DNA of 44,697 nt. It comes from an uncultured Mycoplasmatota bacterium (GTDB taxonomy: Bacteria > Bacillota_I > Bacilli_A > RF39 > UBA660). Each line of letters starts with the position of its first letter. Within the stretch, counting starts at the first letter, position 1. Shown in pieces: positions 20,319 through 30,812 of the stretch. The stretch spans positions 1-44,697 of the forward strand of contig CANPIH010000003.1 of assembly GCA_947574085.1 (NCBI GenBank), written 5' to 3'. Made by a program: the position numbers and the translations under genes. Under the pieces are notes generated by a model that made no database searches, was not told where the DNA came from, and saw only the letters and a list, made by a program, of their open reading frames with translations.

Positions 20319-22601
20319 ATGAAAATACAAACAAAAAGTAAAGAAATTATAAAGAAAATACAAACGATGTGGAATCAATTTTTAAATTTAAAATATATAA
20401 AAAAACTATTCTTATTTTTACCACATAATTTTTTTCTATTTTTATTATTTGTTTTAAGTTTTTATTTAATTCTTACTTTTGATTACAATCGTTCTATACC
20501 ACTTTATATGTTTCCAGAAGAAGCGGATGGCTATTTTGATGGAATTGTAGAAGAGTCTCTTACTTTTTCTTTACAAAATATTAAGAAAGAAAGGATTGAA
20601 GATAATGGCAAAAATCCAGACAGAATTTGTATTCGCTTTGCTACATTTGGTAAAAAAACCAATTCAAAATACAAATATATTGTATATAAAAATGAAGAAA
20701 ATCTTTATGATGAAACTTTTAACTCACGAATTTTAGAAGATAGTAAATATCATTGTTTTTATTTGCCTAATGCAACAAAGGAGAATATACATGAATATAA
20801 AATTGAATTTGCTCCTATAAAGACAAATGTAAAAAATATGATTACGTTGTTTAAAAATACTGAAACTGGAGAAGTTGATTTTAATCTTGCTTATGAACCA
20901 CCTATGATTTCTATAAAAACTATATTTCTGTTTGGCTTTTTTCTTATTTATTTTTTCGTAAATTATAAAATAAATAAGAAAGAAATAAAAATGGAAAAGT
21001 TTTGGCTGTATATAGCAATTTGCTTTATTTTACCAATTGCTATTATTAATCCCCCTTATGAAGTACCTGACGAACCAATTCATTTTTACAACTCTTATCG
21101 TTTGACTCAATACGATAAAAATAAAAATTTCTATGAAAATTTAGATAATGAATATATGATTATGCCTGAAAATATAGGATGTATTGGATATGTAAATATT
21201 CAAAAAAAAGATAAAGTTACCAATTTAAATGAAGTAGCAGAATGTTTTAAAAATTCTCCAAATATTGTTAAAAAAAGTAGTTACGTTTTTGTAGAAGCAA
21301 AGATAGGCTTTCTTGCTTCCGCTTTGGGTATTAAAATTGCTGATTTATTTACGAATTCACCAGGAATTATTTTCTATATGGGTAGAATTTTTGCCACTCT
21401 TTTTTCTATTTTTGTAATTTATAAATCGTTAAAAATTGCACCAAAACATAAAGAAATTTTGTTACTTGTTGCCACAATACCGATGTTTATTCAACAAATG
21501 TGTTCTTATTCTTATGATGGTACTTTAAATACTTTTAGTATTTTAGCAATGGCTATATTATTAAAATTAATATATGACAAAGATGCAAATTGGAGAATTT
21601 ATACATGGCTTTTACTTCTTTGTGGAGTTTTTATAGTTACCATTAAAATTCTTTACCTTCCTATTTTTCTGTTTTTACTTTTTGTTCCTAATGAAAGATT
21701 TTCTCGAAAAATAGATAAATACATTTATACGTTTGGAATTTTTGTAGGTTCTTATTTTCTTGGTAATCTGTGTAAATCTTTATTTATAAATGGAAATTTG
21801 GATACAATATTGTCGTCTCTATTTGCTTTTCTATCTTTAATTATTTGCTGGAATCTTATTTTAAATAAAAAGAGTAGCTGGATTAAAACACTGTCTATTT
21901 TAGGAATTAGTGTAGTAGGTGTAGCATTAACTAACGCAGTTTACTTAGTGCTTCCATTACTTTTACTACTCTTTGTTCCTCAAGATAAATTTAAGAAGAA
22001 ATGGCATAAATTTATTCTAATTGTTGCATTTTTGCTATTCATTATGATTTTAGGAAAATTAGCTGTGTTTTTAAATGAAATATCCTCCGTCGAAGGGACA
22101 ACGAACGCCGTAGGAAGTTCTAAAGCTGTTGTAAGAATTTTGGATTTAATTACACATCCTTTTAATTCTATTTTACTTGTTTTGCGTACATTCAAAATGA
22201 AAACAATTTTTTATTTACGTAGTTTAGTAGGATATTTTGGATGGTTCACATTTCATCTCAATGACTTGTATGTGATTGCTTATCTAGTATTCGCTTTCTA
22301 TGTATGGAGAAATACAGAATTTGTAAAAGTAAAATGGTTTGAAAAAATAATTTTGATTTTCGGTATTTTAGTGGGAATTTCAGGAGTCTTTTTGGCAATG
22401 TATGTATATTGGTCTGGACCAGAATTGTATTATATAGATGGAGTACAAGGTAGGTATTTTATTCCTTTTGTTGCACCAGTTCTCTTATTATTTTTGTCAT
22501 CTAAAAAGAAAAAAGGTTTCCATTTTGAAAAAAACGTTTATAATTTTATTAATATTATTTTATTAGAATATGTATCGTTGCTATTGTTATTCTATTATTA
22601 A
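20319..22601 (+). CDS. DUF2142 family integral membrane protein (putative GT-C), second copy, with N-terminal extracellular domain
   Basis: PPYEVPDEPIHF, YMGRIF, PMFIQQ..SYSYD, GYFGWF, YVYWS.....IDGVQGRYFIP. Confidence 0.8.
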   Translation: MKIQTKSKEIIKKIQTMWNQFLNLKYIKKLFLFLPHNFFLFLLFVLSFYLILTFDYNRSIPLYMFPEEADGYFDGIVEESLTFSLQNIKKERIEDNGKNPDRICIRFATFGKKTNSKYKYIVYKNEENLYDETFNSRILEDSKYHCFYLPNATKENIHEYKIEFAPIKTNVKNMITLFKNTETGEVDFNLAYEPPMISIKTIFLFGFFLIYFFVNYKINKKEIKMEKFWLYIAICFILPIAIINPPYEVPDEPIHFYNSYRLTQYDKNKNFYENLDNEYMIMPENIGCIGYVNIQKKDKVTNLNEVAECFKNSPNIVKKSSYVFVEAKIGFLASALGIKIADLFTNSPGIIFYMGRIFATLFSIFVIYKSLKIAPKHKEILLLVATIPMFIQQMCSYSYDGTLNTFSILAMAILLKLIYDKDANWRIYTWLLLLCGVFIVTIKILYLPIFLFLLFVPNERFSRKIDKYIYTFGIFVGSYFLGNLCKSLFINGNLDTILSSLFAFLSLIICWNLILNKKSSWIKTLSILGISVVGVALTNAVYLVLPLLLLLFVPQDKFKKKWHKFILIVAFLLFIMILGKLAVFLNEISSVEGTTNAVGSSKAVVRILDLITHPFNSILLVLRTFKMKTIFYLRSLVGYFGWFTFHLNDLYVIAYLVFAFYVWRNTEFVKVKWFEKIILIFGILVGISGVFLAMYVYWSGPELYYIDGVQGRYFIPFVAPVLLLFLSSKKKKGFHFEKNVYNFINIILLEYVSLLLLFYY

Positions 22602-22615
22602 GAGGTGAAAAGTAA

Positions 22616-23341
22616 ATGAAAAAGAAAAAAATTCTTTTAATTATTCCAGCGTATAATGAAGAAAAGAATATTTTAAAAACGTACAAAACGATTTTGGAAC
22701 ACAACAAAAAAAAGAAAAGCAATTATGATGTTATTGTAATTAATGATGGCAGTACTGATCATACTGAAGAAGTTCTAAAAGAACATAAAATACCACATAT
22801 TAAGCTTTTATCTAATCTTGGAATTGGAGGTGCTGTACAAACTGGTTACAAATATGCCTATCGAAATCATTACGATGTTGCTGTACAATACGATGGCGAT
22901 GGACAACATGATGTGAATTATGTTGATAGCTTGATAAAACCTATTGAAAAAAATGAAGTTGATATGGTAATAGGTTCTAGATTTTTAGATAAAAGTTCTA
23001 GTAAATTTCAGTCTTCTTTTGCTAGAAGAGGTGGAATTAAATTGATTTCGTGGCTAATTAAATTGAAAACAGGTGAAAAAATATTAGATACAACAAGCGG
23101 ATTTCGAGCAGTGGGCAAAAAAGGAATTGAAGCTTTTGCTAAAATTTATCCATCAGAATATCCAGAACCTATTTCAACAGTGTATGTTTTAGCCAAGAAT
23201 TATAAAATTAAAGAAATACCTGTAAGTATGAATGAACGATTGGAAGGGAAATCTTCTATCCATACTTGGAAAAGTGTATATTATATGTTTAACGTTTTAT
23301 TAACTATATTATTGATGAAAAGTGGTGATAAAAATGAATAA
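22616..23341 (+). CDS. GT2 polyprenyl-phosphate glycosyltransferase (GacI/WpsA-like), second copy
   Basis: IIPAYNEE, INDGSTD, NLGIGGAVQTGYKYA, QYDGDGQHD, GSRF, DTTSGFRA, YPSEYPEP, MNERLEGKSSI. Confidence 0.88.
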   Translation: MKKKKILLIIPAYNEEKNILKTYKTILEHNKKKKSNYDVIVINDGSTDHTEEVLKEHKIPHIKLLSNLGIGGAVQTGYKYAYRNHYDVAVQYDGDGQHDVNYVDSLIKPIEKNEVDMVIGSRFLDKSSSKFQSSFARRGGIKLISWLIKLKTGEKILDTTSGFRAVGKKGIEAFAKIYPSEYPEPISTVYVLAKNYKIKEIPVSMNERLEGKSSIHTWKSVYYMFNVLLTILLMKSGDKNE

Positions 23342-23672
23342 CCATTTGCGATTTTTTTTAATTATTCTTTCCATTACGCTTGCTATTTTAATTTTGAGAC
23401 TTGTAGCTAAAAACAAATTACCTGTTAAATATTCTTTGTTTTGGCTTTTGTCGTCTTTTGCTGTTTTCTTAGTTGGGGTGATACCAAGTTTTATTGGTAT
23501 GTTCACTAAATTGATTGGCTTTGAAACTACTTCAAGTTTAATTGCTTGTGTTATTATTGGCTTACTTTTATTAATTACTTTAGTATTGACAATAATAGTT
23601 TCTGAGCAAAAAAGAAAACTTCTTTTGTTGGTACAAGAAGTTTCATTACTTAAAGAAAAAATAGAAAAGTAG
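23334..23672 (+). CDS. DUF2304 small membrane protein (GacJ/WpsB-like), second copy
   Basis: KYSLFW, IGFETTSS, LVQEVSLL; ATG 23334 overlaps upstream stop (track start 23322). Confidence 0.8.
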   Translation: MNNHLRFFLIILSITLAILILRLVAKNKLPVKYSLFWLLSSFAVFLVGVIPSFIGMFTKLIGFETTSSLIACVIIGLLLLITLVLTIIVSEQKRKLLLLVQEVSLLKEKIEK

Positions 23673-23686
23673 TAGGTGGTTTTACT

Positions 23687-25567
23687 TTGAAAATTTCAAT
23701 TCTCACTGTCTGTTATAATTCCGATAAGACGATAAAAGATACTTTAGAGTCTGTTTTAAAACAAGAATATACAAATTACGAATATTTGATTGTAGATGGT
23801 AAAAGCCAAGATAACACTTTAAAGATAGTAAAAGAGTATGAAAAAAAATTTAATGGGAAATTAAAAATTATTAGTGAAAAGGATAAAGGGCTATATGATG
23901 CTATGAATAAAGGTATTGAAATGGCAACAGGTGAGATCATTGGCATTATTAATTCTGATGATATTCTAGCCCATGAAAAAGTTTTTCAAACGGTTATAGA
24001 AAATATAAAAAATGTGGATGGAGTGTATTCTAATTTATTAATGCTGGATGAAAAATTAGAAAAACCTTATCGTCTTTTCAAACCAAAAAAACTTTCTTTA
24101 AAATGGGGGTGGGCAATGCCACATCCAACTCTTTATTTAAAAAAAAGTATATATAAAAATTATGGAATGTTTGATTTACGTTATAAAGTAACTTCTGATT
24201 ATGATTTTATGTTAAGAATTATTCTGGCTGGTTGTAAATTTAAATACGTAGACGATTATTTTGTTTATATGCGTTCTGGTGGTGCAAGTACCAAAGGATT
24301 AAAAGGTTACATTTATAATTTTAAAGAAAGTTATAAAGCTTTAAAACACAATCGTGTTCGATTTTCTTTTCTTACCAATTGTAAAAGAACTGTGGAGAAT
24401 GTTTTATTACAACGTTTGAAGCTTTTTAATAAAAATGAAATTTCCAAAGCAAGACAAATAAAAAGAAACAACAAATATATTGAAATCAATTCTGTTTGTA
24501 ATGGTTCTACTGGAAAAATTATGGGTGATATAGCTAGAAAAGCAAAAAAAGAAGGATATGAAACACTATGTATTTATGCAAGAAGAAAAGGATATAAGGA
24601 TTTAAGATGTGTAAAAGTAGGTGGATTTTTTTCTTTTTGGTTTCATGTTATAATTGCTACTCTTTTTGATAAACAAGGACATGGATCGTATTTTAAAACA
24701 AAAAAAATAGTTCGCATTTTAAAAAAAGAAAAGCCAAGTATTATTCATTTGCATAACATTCATGGGTATTATTTAAATGAAAAAGTTTTATTTACTTACT
24801 TAAAAAAAGAATTTAATGGTAAACTTTTATGGACATTTCATGATTGTTATCCGTTTACAGGACATTGTCCATACTTTACAGCAGTCAGCTGTTTTAAGTG
24901 GCAAAAAGAATGTAAACATTGTCCAAATAAAAAAAGATATCCTATAAGTTGGGGATTAGACGCATCTAAAAGTAATTTTTATAACAAGAAAAAATTGTTT
25001 ATGGATCTTAAAAATTTAACTATTATAACTCCTTCAAATTGGTTAAATAAATTAGTAAAACAATCTTTTTTAGGTAGTTATCCAGTACTTACGATTCCTA
25101 ATACAATAGATACCCATATTTTTAAGCCAACATATGATCAAGGATTGCTAAAAAAATATAAAATTCCAGCTTCAAAAAAAATATTGTTGGGGGTTGCCAG
25201 TATTTGGGAAGAGCGAAAAGGACTTATGGACTTTTTAAAATTGTCTCAAAAAATAAGTGAACCATATTTAATTGTTTTAATTGGTTTAAGTAAAAAGCAA
25301 AAAAAACAAATAGAAAAATATTCAAATATTCTTGGCTTAGAAAGAACGGAAAATCAGATAGAACTTGCTAAGTTTTACACTCTAGCAACCTATTTTTTAA
25401 ATTTGACTTATGAAGACAATTATCCCACTGTAAATCTTGAGGCTATTGCTTGCGGTACAAAAGTAATTACCTATGATACTGGAGGATGTTCAGAACAAGT
25501 AAATAAAAAAAATGGCTATATTGTTCCAGTTGGTGATTTAAATAAAATCTTGGAAATATTAAAATAA
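23687..25567 (+). CDS. Bifunctional GT2 (WcaE-like) + GT4 (WcaC-like) glycosyltransferase fusion
   Basis: N-term ISILTVCYN, VDGKSQD, EKDKGLYDAMNKG, INSDD, PHPT, DYDF; C-term INSVCNGSTGKI, IHLHNIHGYYLN, WTFHDC.PFTGHC, TPSNWL, TYEDNYPTVNLEAIACG. Confidence 0.85.
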   Translation: MKISILTVCYNSDKTIKDTLESVLKQEYTNYEYLIVDGKSQDNTLKIVKEYEKKFNGKLKIISEKDKGLYDAMNKGIEMATGEIIGIINSDDILAHEKVFQTVIENIKNVDGVYSNLLMLDEKLEKPYRLFKPKKLSLKWGWAMPHPTLYLKKSIYKNYGMFDLRYKVTSDYDFMLRIILAGCKFKYVDDYFVYMRSGGASTKGLKGYIYNFKESYKALKHNRVRFSFLTNCKRTVENVLLQRLKLFNKNEISKARQIKRNNKYIEINSVCNGSTGKIMGDIARKAKKEGYETLCIYARRKGYKDLRCVKVGGFFSFWFHVIIATLFDKQGHGSYFKTKKIVRILKKEKPSIIHLHNIHGYYLNEKVLFTYLKKEFNGKLLWTFHDCYPFTGHCPYFTAVSCFKWQKECKHCPNKKRYPISWGLDASKSNFYNKKKLFMDLKNLTIITPSNWLNKLVKQSFLGSYPVLTIPNTIDTHIFKPTYDQGLLKKYKIPASKKILLGVASIWEERKGLMDFLKLSQKISEPYLIVLIGLSKKQKKQIEKYSNILGLERTENQIELAKFYTLATYFLNLTYEDNYPTVNLEAIACGTKVITYDTGGCSEQVNKKNGYIVPVGDLNKILEILK

Positions 25568-25577
25568 TAGAAAAGAG

Positions 25578-27104
25578 TTGAAGTATGTGAAAACAGAACG
25601 AATGCGTAATTCTGCCCTCAATGGTTTATCCAATTTGATAGTAAACTTAACAATTACTTTACTTTCTTTCATTGTTCGAACTATTTTTTTAAAAACTTTA
25701 GGAGAACAATGTTTGGGGTTGGATGGTTTGTACACTAATATTTTGTCCTTTTTATCTCTTGCGGAACTAGGCTTTTCTACTTCAATTTCTTTTTCTTTGT
25801 ATGAACCTCTTGCTAAAAAGAATAAAGAAAAAATAAGTGCATTAATGTCTTATTTTAAAAAAATATACAAAATTATAGCTTTTGCTATTTTTGGAGTTGG
25901 AATTTTTGTTTTGCCTTTTTTAAAATTTATGGTAAAAGATTACACTGTTTCGTACAATATATATTTTATTTTTATTCTTTATTTGTTAAATACTGTAAGT
26001 ACTTATTTTACAAGTTATTCCTCTATACTTTTAGAAGCGGATCAAAAAATTTATAAGCTAACAAAAATAAAATTAATCTTCAACTTAGTGACTTATGGTT
26101 TTCAATTATTTGTTTTGCTTTATAAAGATTTTGTTTGGTTTTTAATTATTCAGTTTAGTTTTCGCTTTTTAGAAAGAATTTTGACGCATCGTTATATCCA
26201 GATGGAATACAAAGATATTGATTTTAATAAAAAACAAGATTTAGAAAAAAAAGAAAAAGATAAAATAAAAACAAATATTAAAGGTATCCTTTTTCACCAA
26301 ATTGGAAATTATGCAGTTAATGGAACCGATAATATTTTAATCTCTTCGGTTGTGAATATTGCAACGACAGGAGTGTATTACAATTATGCTTCAATTGTTG
26401 CTATTTTAAGAAATTTGATAGGAAGTTTAATTTCTGCGACTACGTCTAGTTTTGGAAATTTAAATGTACTTGAAAAAAGTGATGTGAAAAAAAATGTTTT
26501 TCGCTTAATTAATTTTGTGTGTTTCTTATTGACAGGTGTTGTGTTTGTTGGTCTTTATTTTTGTATTAATCCTTTTATAACCTTGTGGCTTGGCAATAAA
26601 TATTTACTAAATACCCATTGTATACTTATTATTTGTATAAACTTTTATTTAAATGGGATGATGCTTCCAATTACTGCTGTTAAGAATTCATCTGGACTTT
26701 ATTACGTTGATCGTTATATACCTATTCTTCAAGCTATTATTAATTTGGTAGTATCCATATGGCTTGGTCTAAAGCTTGGTCTTATCGGTATTTTACTTGG
26801 AACAACTATTAGTTATTTATTAACTGTTTCTATAACAAAACCTATTATAATTTATAAATATGTTTTTCATGCAAATGCTTTTGAATATTTTGGATGTATG
26901 GTAAAACATATTTGTCTTATTGCAATTTCGATTCTTTTTAGTTCTTTTCTTTTCTTTTTTCTAACTATAAATAATACCTTATTACAATTTATTATAAATG
27001 GAATAATAGCTGTAACAATTTATTTAATATTATTTTTATTAGCGTATTTTAGAACATATGAATTTCAATATTTATACAAAATAATAAGAAAGAAGGAAAA
27101 ATAA
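25578..27104 (+). CDS. Wzx/MOP-family polysaccharide flippase (module 2)
   Basis: RTIF...LG...LGL.GL, LSLAELG, LYEPLA, ADQK, GTDNILIS, G.IGILLGT; multi-TM. Confidence 0.85.
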   Translation: MKYVKTERMRNSALNGLSNLIVNLTITLLSFIVRTIFLKTLGEQCLGLDGLYTNILSFLSLAELGFSTSISFSLYEPLAKKNKEKISALMSYFKKIYKIIAFAIFGVGIFVLPFLKFMVKDYTVSYNIYFIFILYLLNTVSTYFTSYSSILLEADQKIYKLTKIKLIFNLVTYGFQLFVLLYKDFVWFLIIQFSFRFLERILTHRYIQMEYKDIDFNKKQDLEKKEKDKIKTNIKGILFHQIGNYAVNGTDNILISSVVNIATTGVYYNYASIVAILRNLIGSLISATTSSFGNLNVLEKSDVKKNVFRLINFVCFLLTGVVFVGLYFCINPFITLWLGNKYLLNTHCILIICINFYLNGMMLPITAVKNSSGLYYVDRYIPILQAIINLVVSIWLGLKLGLIGILLGTTISYLLTVSITKPIIIYKYVFHANAFEYFGCMVKHICLIAISILFSSFLFFFLTINNTLLQFIINGIIAVTIYLILFLLAYFRTYEFQYLYKIIRKKEK

Positions 27105-27105
27105 T

Positions 27106-28074
27106 ATGAATTTAATAACCATTTTAAAGAAAAGCTATAACCATATAAAAAAAGATATTGTTACTTATAAATATAATAAAAAACACTTTGGAGCAGAAAT
27201 TGCAAGCAATGTATTTAAAACTTCTTTTTTTTATTATCTATTGCCTTCCAAAAGAGAAATATTTGAAAAAGAGCAAAATGAAAGTATTTATAACTATTTA
27301 CGAGAAAAATATCATTATCTTATCGAGGAATATAATACGAAGGAAAAAAAATATCCGAAACAAAATAAAAAATATATTTGGGTATTTTGGTATCAAGGAG
27401 AAGAGAATGCACCAGTTATTGTCAAAAAATGTATAGAAAGTATTAAAAAAAATTCTCTGGATTATGAAGTAATTGTTTTAAATAAACAGAATATAAAAAA
27501 ATACATAGATATACCAGAAGTGATACTAAAAAAACTAGAAAATGGTATTATTACGTTAACCCATTTTTCTGATCTATTAAGAATGGGATTGCTTAGTAAA
27601 CAGGGTGGAATTTGGGTAGATGCGACTTGCTATATTACTTCAAATGTTTTTAAACGATTTGATGCTATGGAATTGAACAGTAATTGTAAAAATGAATACA
27701 AATGGTGTGCTTTTTTTATTGGTGGAAAGCCAAATATAGTTTTTTCTTTTTGTTATCAATTATTAATTGATTACAATAAAGAAGAGGATGGATTAATTGA
27801 ATATTTTTTAATCGATCATGTATTACGACTTTGTTATGGTGAAGTAATTGGATGTAAAAATCTTATAGACAAGATTAATATACAGAATAATCACATAAAT
27901 GAACTAGCTAGAAAATTTAATGATATTTCTGATACAAAAAAATACAAAATGTTACTAAACAATTCAGATTTTCATAAATTGACTTATAAGAAAAAATTTA
28001 AAACAAACAAAAAAAAGAAACTAACCAATTATGGTTATTTTATTCAAGAAAATGAACAAGATAAAATTAAATAA
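27106..28074 (+). CDS. Capsular polysaccharide synthesis protein (Caps_synth, DxD GT32-like)
   Basis: IWVFWYQGEENAP..VKKCI.S, THFSDLLR..LL...GGIWVDAT, YFLID, HKLTYK. Confidence 0.85.
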   Translation: MNLITILKKSYNHIKKDIVTYKYNKKHFGAEIASNVFKTSFFYYLLPSKREIFEKEQNESIYNYLREKYHYLIEEYNTKEKKYPKQNKKYIWVFWYQGEENAPVIVKKCIESIKKNSLDYEVIVLNKQNIKKYIDIPEVILKKLENGIITLTHFSDLLRMGLLSKQGGIWVDATCYITSNVFKRFDAMELNSNCKNEYKWCAFFIGGKPNIVFSFCYQLLIDYNKEEDGLIEYFLIDHVLRLCYGEVIGCKNLIDKINIQNNHINELARKFNDISDTKKYKMLLNNSDFHKLTYKKKFKTNKKKKLTNYGYFIQENEQDKIK

Positions 28075-28283
28075 ATGTAGAATTACTGTAAGTAAGAAAA
28101 TTTTACAACGACTAACAAGTGTCTAGTATTATTTATTTAACAGCACCTTGATTTCAATTTCATACATTTTCCTTGTTTTAGGTTGCAGAAAAACTGTGTT
28201 CTATGATATGATTTAAAAAAAGTAAAGAATTAAATTGTAAAAGTAAGCTTTTGATTTTTAAATGTAAAGGAGCAAAATAAAAG

Positions 28284-28721
28284 ATGTATAATAATGGATT
28301 ATTGAAATTTAGAAAAATAGGTTCTCCCTCCAATAAAGAATTTGGATATTTGACACCTGTAGAAACTATGGAAGAAATTCCTTTTGAAATAAAAAGAATT
28401 TATTATATTTATGGTGTAGGAGGAGACATAATTAGAGGAATGCATTCCCATAAACATTTGCATCAAGTTTTAATATGTGTAAAGGGAAGCGTGGATATAC
28501 GTTTAGAGAATTATTTTGGAGAGAAAAAATATACACTTAATGATCCTTCTATAGGTCTCTACATAGCTCCTGACAATTGGAGAGAAATGTCTAATTTTTC
28601 AGAAGATGCAGTATTACTTGTATTAGCTTCCTCTAAATACGATGTGGAAGACTACATAAGAGATTACGATGATTTTATTGATTATAGTAAGAAAAAATAT
28701 GAATATGGTGGTAAGAAATGA
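28284..28721 (+). CDS. FdtA/QdtA family cupin, dTDP-4-keto-6-deoxyglucose 3,4-ketoisomerase
   Basis: [36 protein letters not shown]...VLLVLAS..Y...DYIRDY. Confidence 0.9.
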   Translation: MYNNGLLKFRKIGSPSNKEFGYLTPVETMEEIPFEIKRIYYIYGVGGDIIRGMHSHKHLHQVLICVKGSVDIRLENYFGEKKYTLNDPSIGLYIAPDNWREMSNFSEDAVLLVLASSKYDVEDYIRDYDDFIDYSKKKYEYGGKK

Positions 28722-29815
28722 AAAACATTCCTTTTGCAGATTTTGTACCTCTACATAATGAAATCAAAGAAGAAATTTATAAAGAATTTGAAAATATATT
28801 CAATAGTAGTTGGTTTATCAATGGGAAAAAAGTAGAAGAGTTTCAAAATAACTTTGCGAAGTATTGTAACGTAAATTATTGTGTTGGTTGTGGAAATGGA
28901 CTAGAAGCTATTGAACTTATATTAAGGGGTTACAACATAAAAGAAAAGGATGAAGTAATTGTCTGTACGCATACCTTCATAGCAAGTGTCTTGGCGATAT
29001 CAAAAGTTGGAGCTACCCCAGTATTCGTAGAACCCAATAAAGAAACCTATCTTATTGATGCAGAACAAATAGAAGAAAAAATAACCCAAAATACAAAAGC
29101 TATTATTGCTGTTCAGCTTTATGGACAAGCTTGTGATATGGATAAAATTAATGAGATCGCTAAAAAGTATGATTTAAAAGTAATAGAAGACGCTGCACAA
29201 GCACATGGTGCTTTATATAAAGGAAGAAAAGTAGGGTCTTTAGGAGATGCTGCAGCCTTTAGTTTTTATCCAGGAAAAAATTTAGGAGCTTTAGGGGATG
29301 CAGGTGCAGTGGTTACAAATGATGAAGAACTTGCAAGAAAAGTAAAAGAAATAGCTAACTATGGTTCAATAGAAAAGTATCATCATAATGTAAAGGGGAC
29401 GAATTCGAGATTGGACGAATTACAAGCCGGATTTTTAAATGTAAAATTAAAGTACCTAGACAAAACAAATGAATATAGAAAAAAAATAGCTAAGAGATAC
29501 TTAGAAGAAATTCATAATTCAAATATAATACTTCCGATAGTTGAAAAAAATAATGAACCCGTATGGCATTTATTTGTAATAAGAACAAAAAATAGAGAAG
29601 AGTTACAAAAGTATTTAGAAGAAAAAGGAATACATACCGTAATTCATTATCCAATCGCTATACATAAACAAAAAGCTTATGAAGAATACAACGAATTAAG
29701 TTGTCCTATTGCAGAAGAAATAGCAAGTACTTGTTTAAGTTTACCAATGTATTATAAAATGAATGAAGAAGATGTTGATTATATAATTGATACATTAAAT
29801 AATTATAAATTGTAA
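28718..29815 (+). CDS. DegT/DnrJ/EryC1/StrS aminotransferase (FdtB/QdtB-like, C3 aminotransferase)
   Basis: [43 protein letters not shown] (PLP lysine), [18 protein letters not shown]; adjacent to the isomerase. Confidence 0.92.
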   Translation: MKNIPFADFVPLHNEIKEEIYKEFENIFNSSWFINGKKVEEFQNNFAKYCNVNYCVGCGNGLEAIELILRGYNIKEKDEVIVCTHTFIASVLAISKVGATPVFVEPNKETYLIDAEQIEEKITQNTKAIIAVQLYGQACDMDKINEIAKKYDLKVIEDAAQAHGALYKGRKVGSLGDAAAFSFYPGKNLGALGDAGAVVTNDEELARKVKEIANYGSIEKYHHNVKGTNSRLDELQAGFLNVKLKYLDKTNEYRKKIAKRYLEEIHNSNIILPIVEKNNEPVWHLFVIRTKNREELQKYLEEKGIHTVIHYPIAIHKQKAYEEYNELSCPIAEEIASTCLSLPMYYKMNEEDVDYIIDTLNNYKL

Positions 29816-29834
29816 TAGAAAAAGAGGAAGTAAA

Positions 29835-30782
29835 ATGAAAGATGTAATGTTAAGTGTAGTTATTGTTTCTTATAACCAAGAAGAGTATATAGCAGAAGCT
29901 ATAGAAAGTGTATTAAATCAAAAAACGAAATACAAATATGAAATTATTTTAGCGGATGATTGTTCTAAAGATAATACATTCAAAATACAAGAAGAATACG
30001 CTAAAAAATATCCAAAAATTATTAAATTATTAAAAAGAGAAAAAAATTTAGGAACAACCCAAAATGAGTTAGATGCTAGTCTTCAAAGTAGTGGAAAATA
30101 TATAACAAAATTAGATGGCGATGATTATTGGATTGATGAAGAAAAAATAGAAAAACAAATCCGTTTTTTAGAAGAGCATCCAGAATACAATGGAATTACT
30201 CATCCACAAGAAATTCGCAACATGAAAAACGAAACGATTGGAATTTTTCCTATTGGCTTAAAAGAAGGCGAAATAACCATTGAAGAATATTGTACTAATA
30301 AAAAAAGATACCCTTATACTTCTACCATTTATAGAAATTTTTATAAAAAACCAGAATGCGTTAAAGATATGAAATACTTGATGAGCTTACATCGTTTGAT
30401 TGAAGATGCCCAAGCGGCAGTCTATATATTAATACAAGGAAAATTAAAAGTTATTAATGATAAAATGGTGGCTTACAGAATGCGAAGTGAAGAAGGAGAA
30501 TCAAATTTTAATTCCAACCATAAAATAAATGAAATTCAAAAATCGTATATTCATATTTATACAAAAATGGAAGAATATTTTCAATACAAGTACAATTTTT
30601 ATAAAAAATATGAAAAATATGTTACGATAGGAATAGCGTATTCTTTATGTAAATTTAATTTTAAAGAAGCAAGTTCTTTTATGAAAATGTGTCCCCAAAA
30701 ATATAAAGCAAAAATTATTTTCTTAATGCCAATGAATTGCATTAAAATACTTTATAAAAAAATAGTAAAAAAACAAGCGTAA
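29835..30782 (+). CDS. GT2 glycosyltransferase (probable amino-dideoxyhexose transferase)
   Basis: SYNQEEYI, ADDCSKD, LDGDDYWID..K..KQ..FLE.HP; follows fdtA/fdtB-like genes. Confidence 0.85.
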   Translation: MKDVMLSVVIVSYNQEEYIAEAIESVLNQKTKYKYEIILADDCSKDNTFKIQEEYAKKYPKIIKLLKREKNLGTTQNELDASLQSSGKYITKLDGDDYWIDEEKIEKQIRFLEEHPEYNGITHPQEIRNMKNETIGIFPIGLKEGEITIEEYCTNKKRYPYTSTIYRNFYKKPECVKDMKYLMSLHRLIEDAQAAVYILIQGKLKVINDKMVAYRMRSEEGESNFNSNHKINEIQKSYIHIYTKMEEYFQYKYNFYKKYEKYVTIGIAYSLCKFNFKEASSFMKMCPQKYKAKIIFLMPMNCIKILYKKIVKKQA

Positions 30783-30812
30783 CGTATAAAGAGCCAAATA
30801 GGAGAGTGAGTA

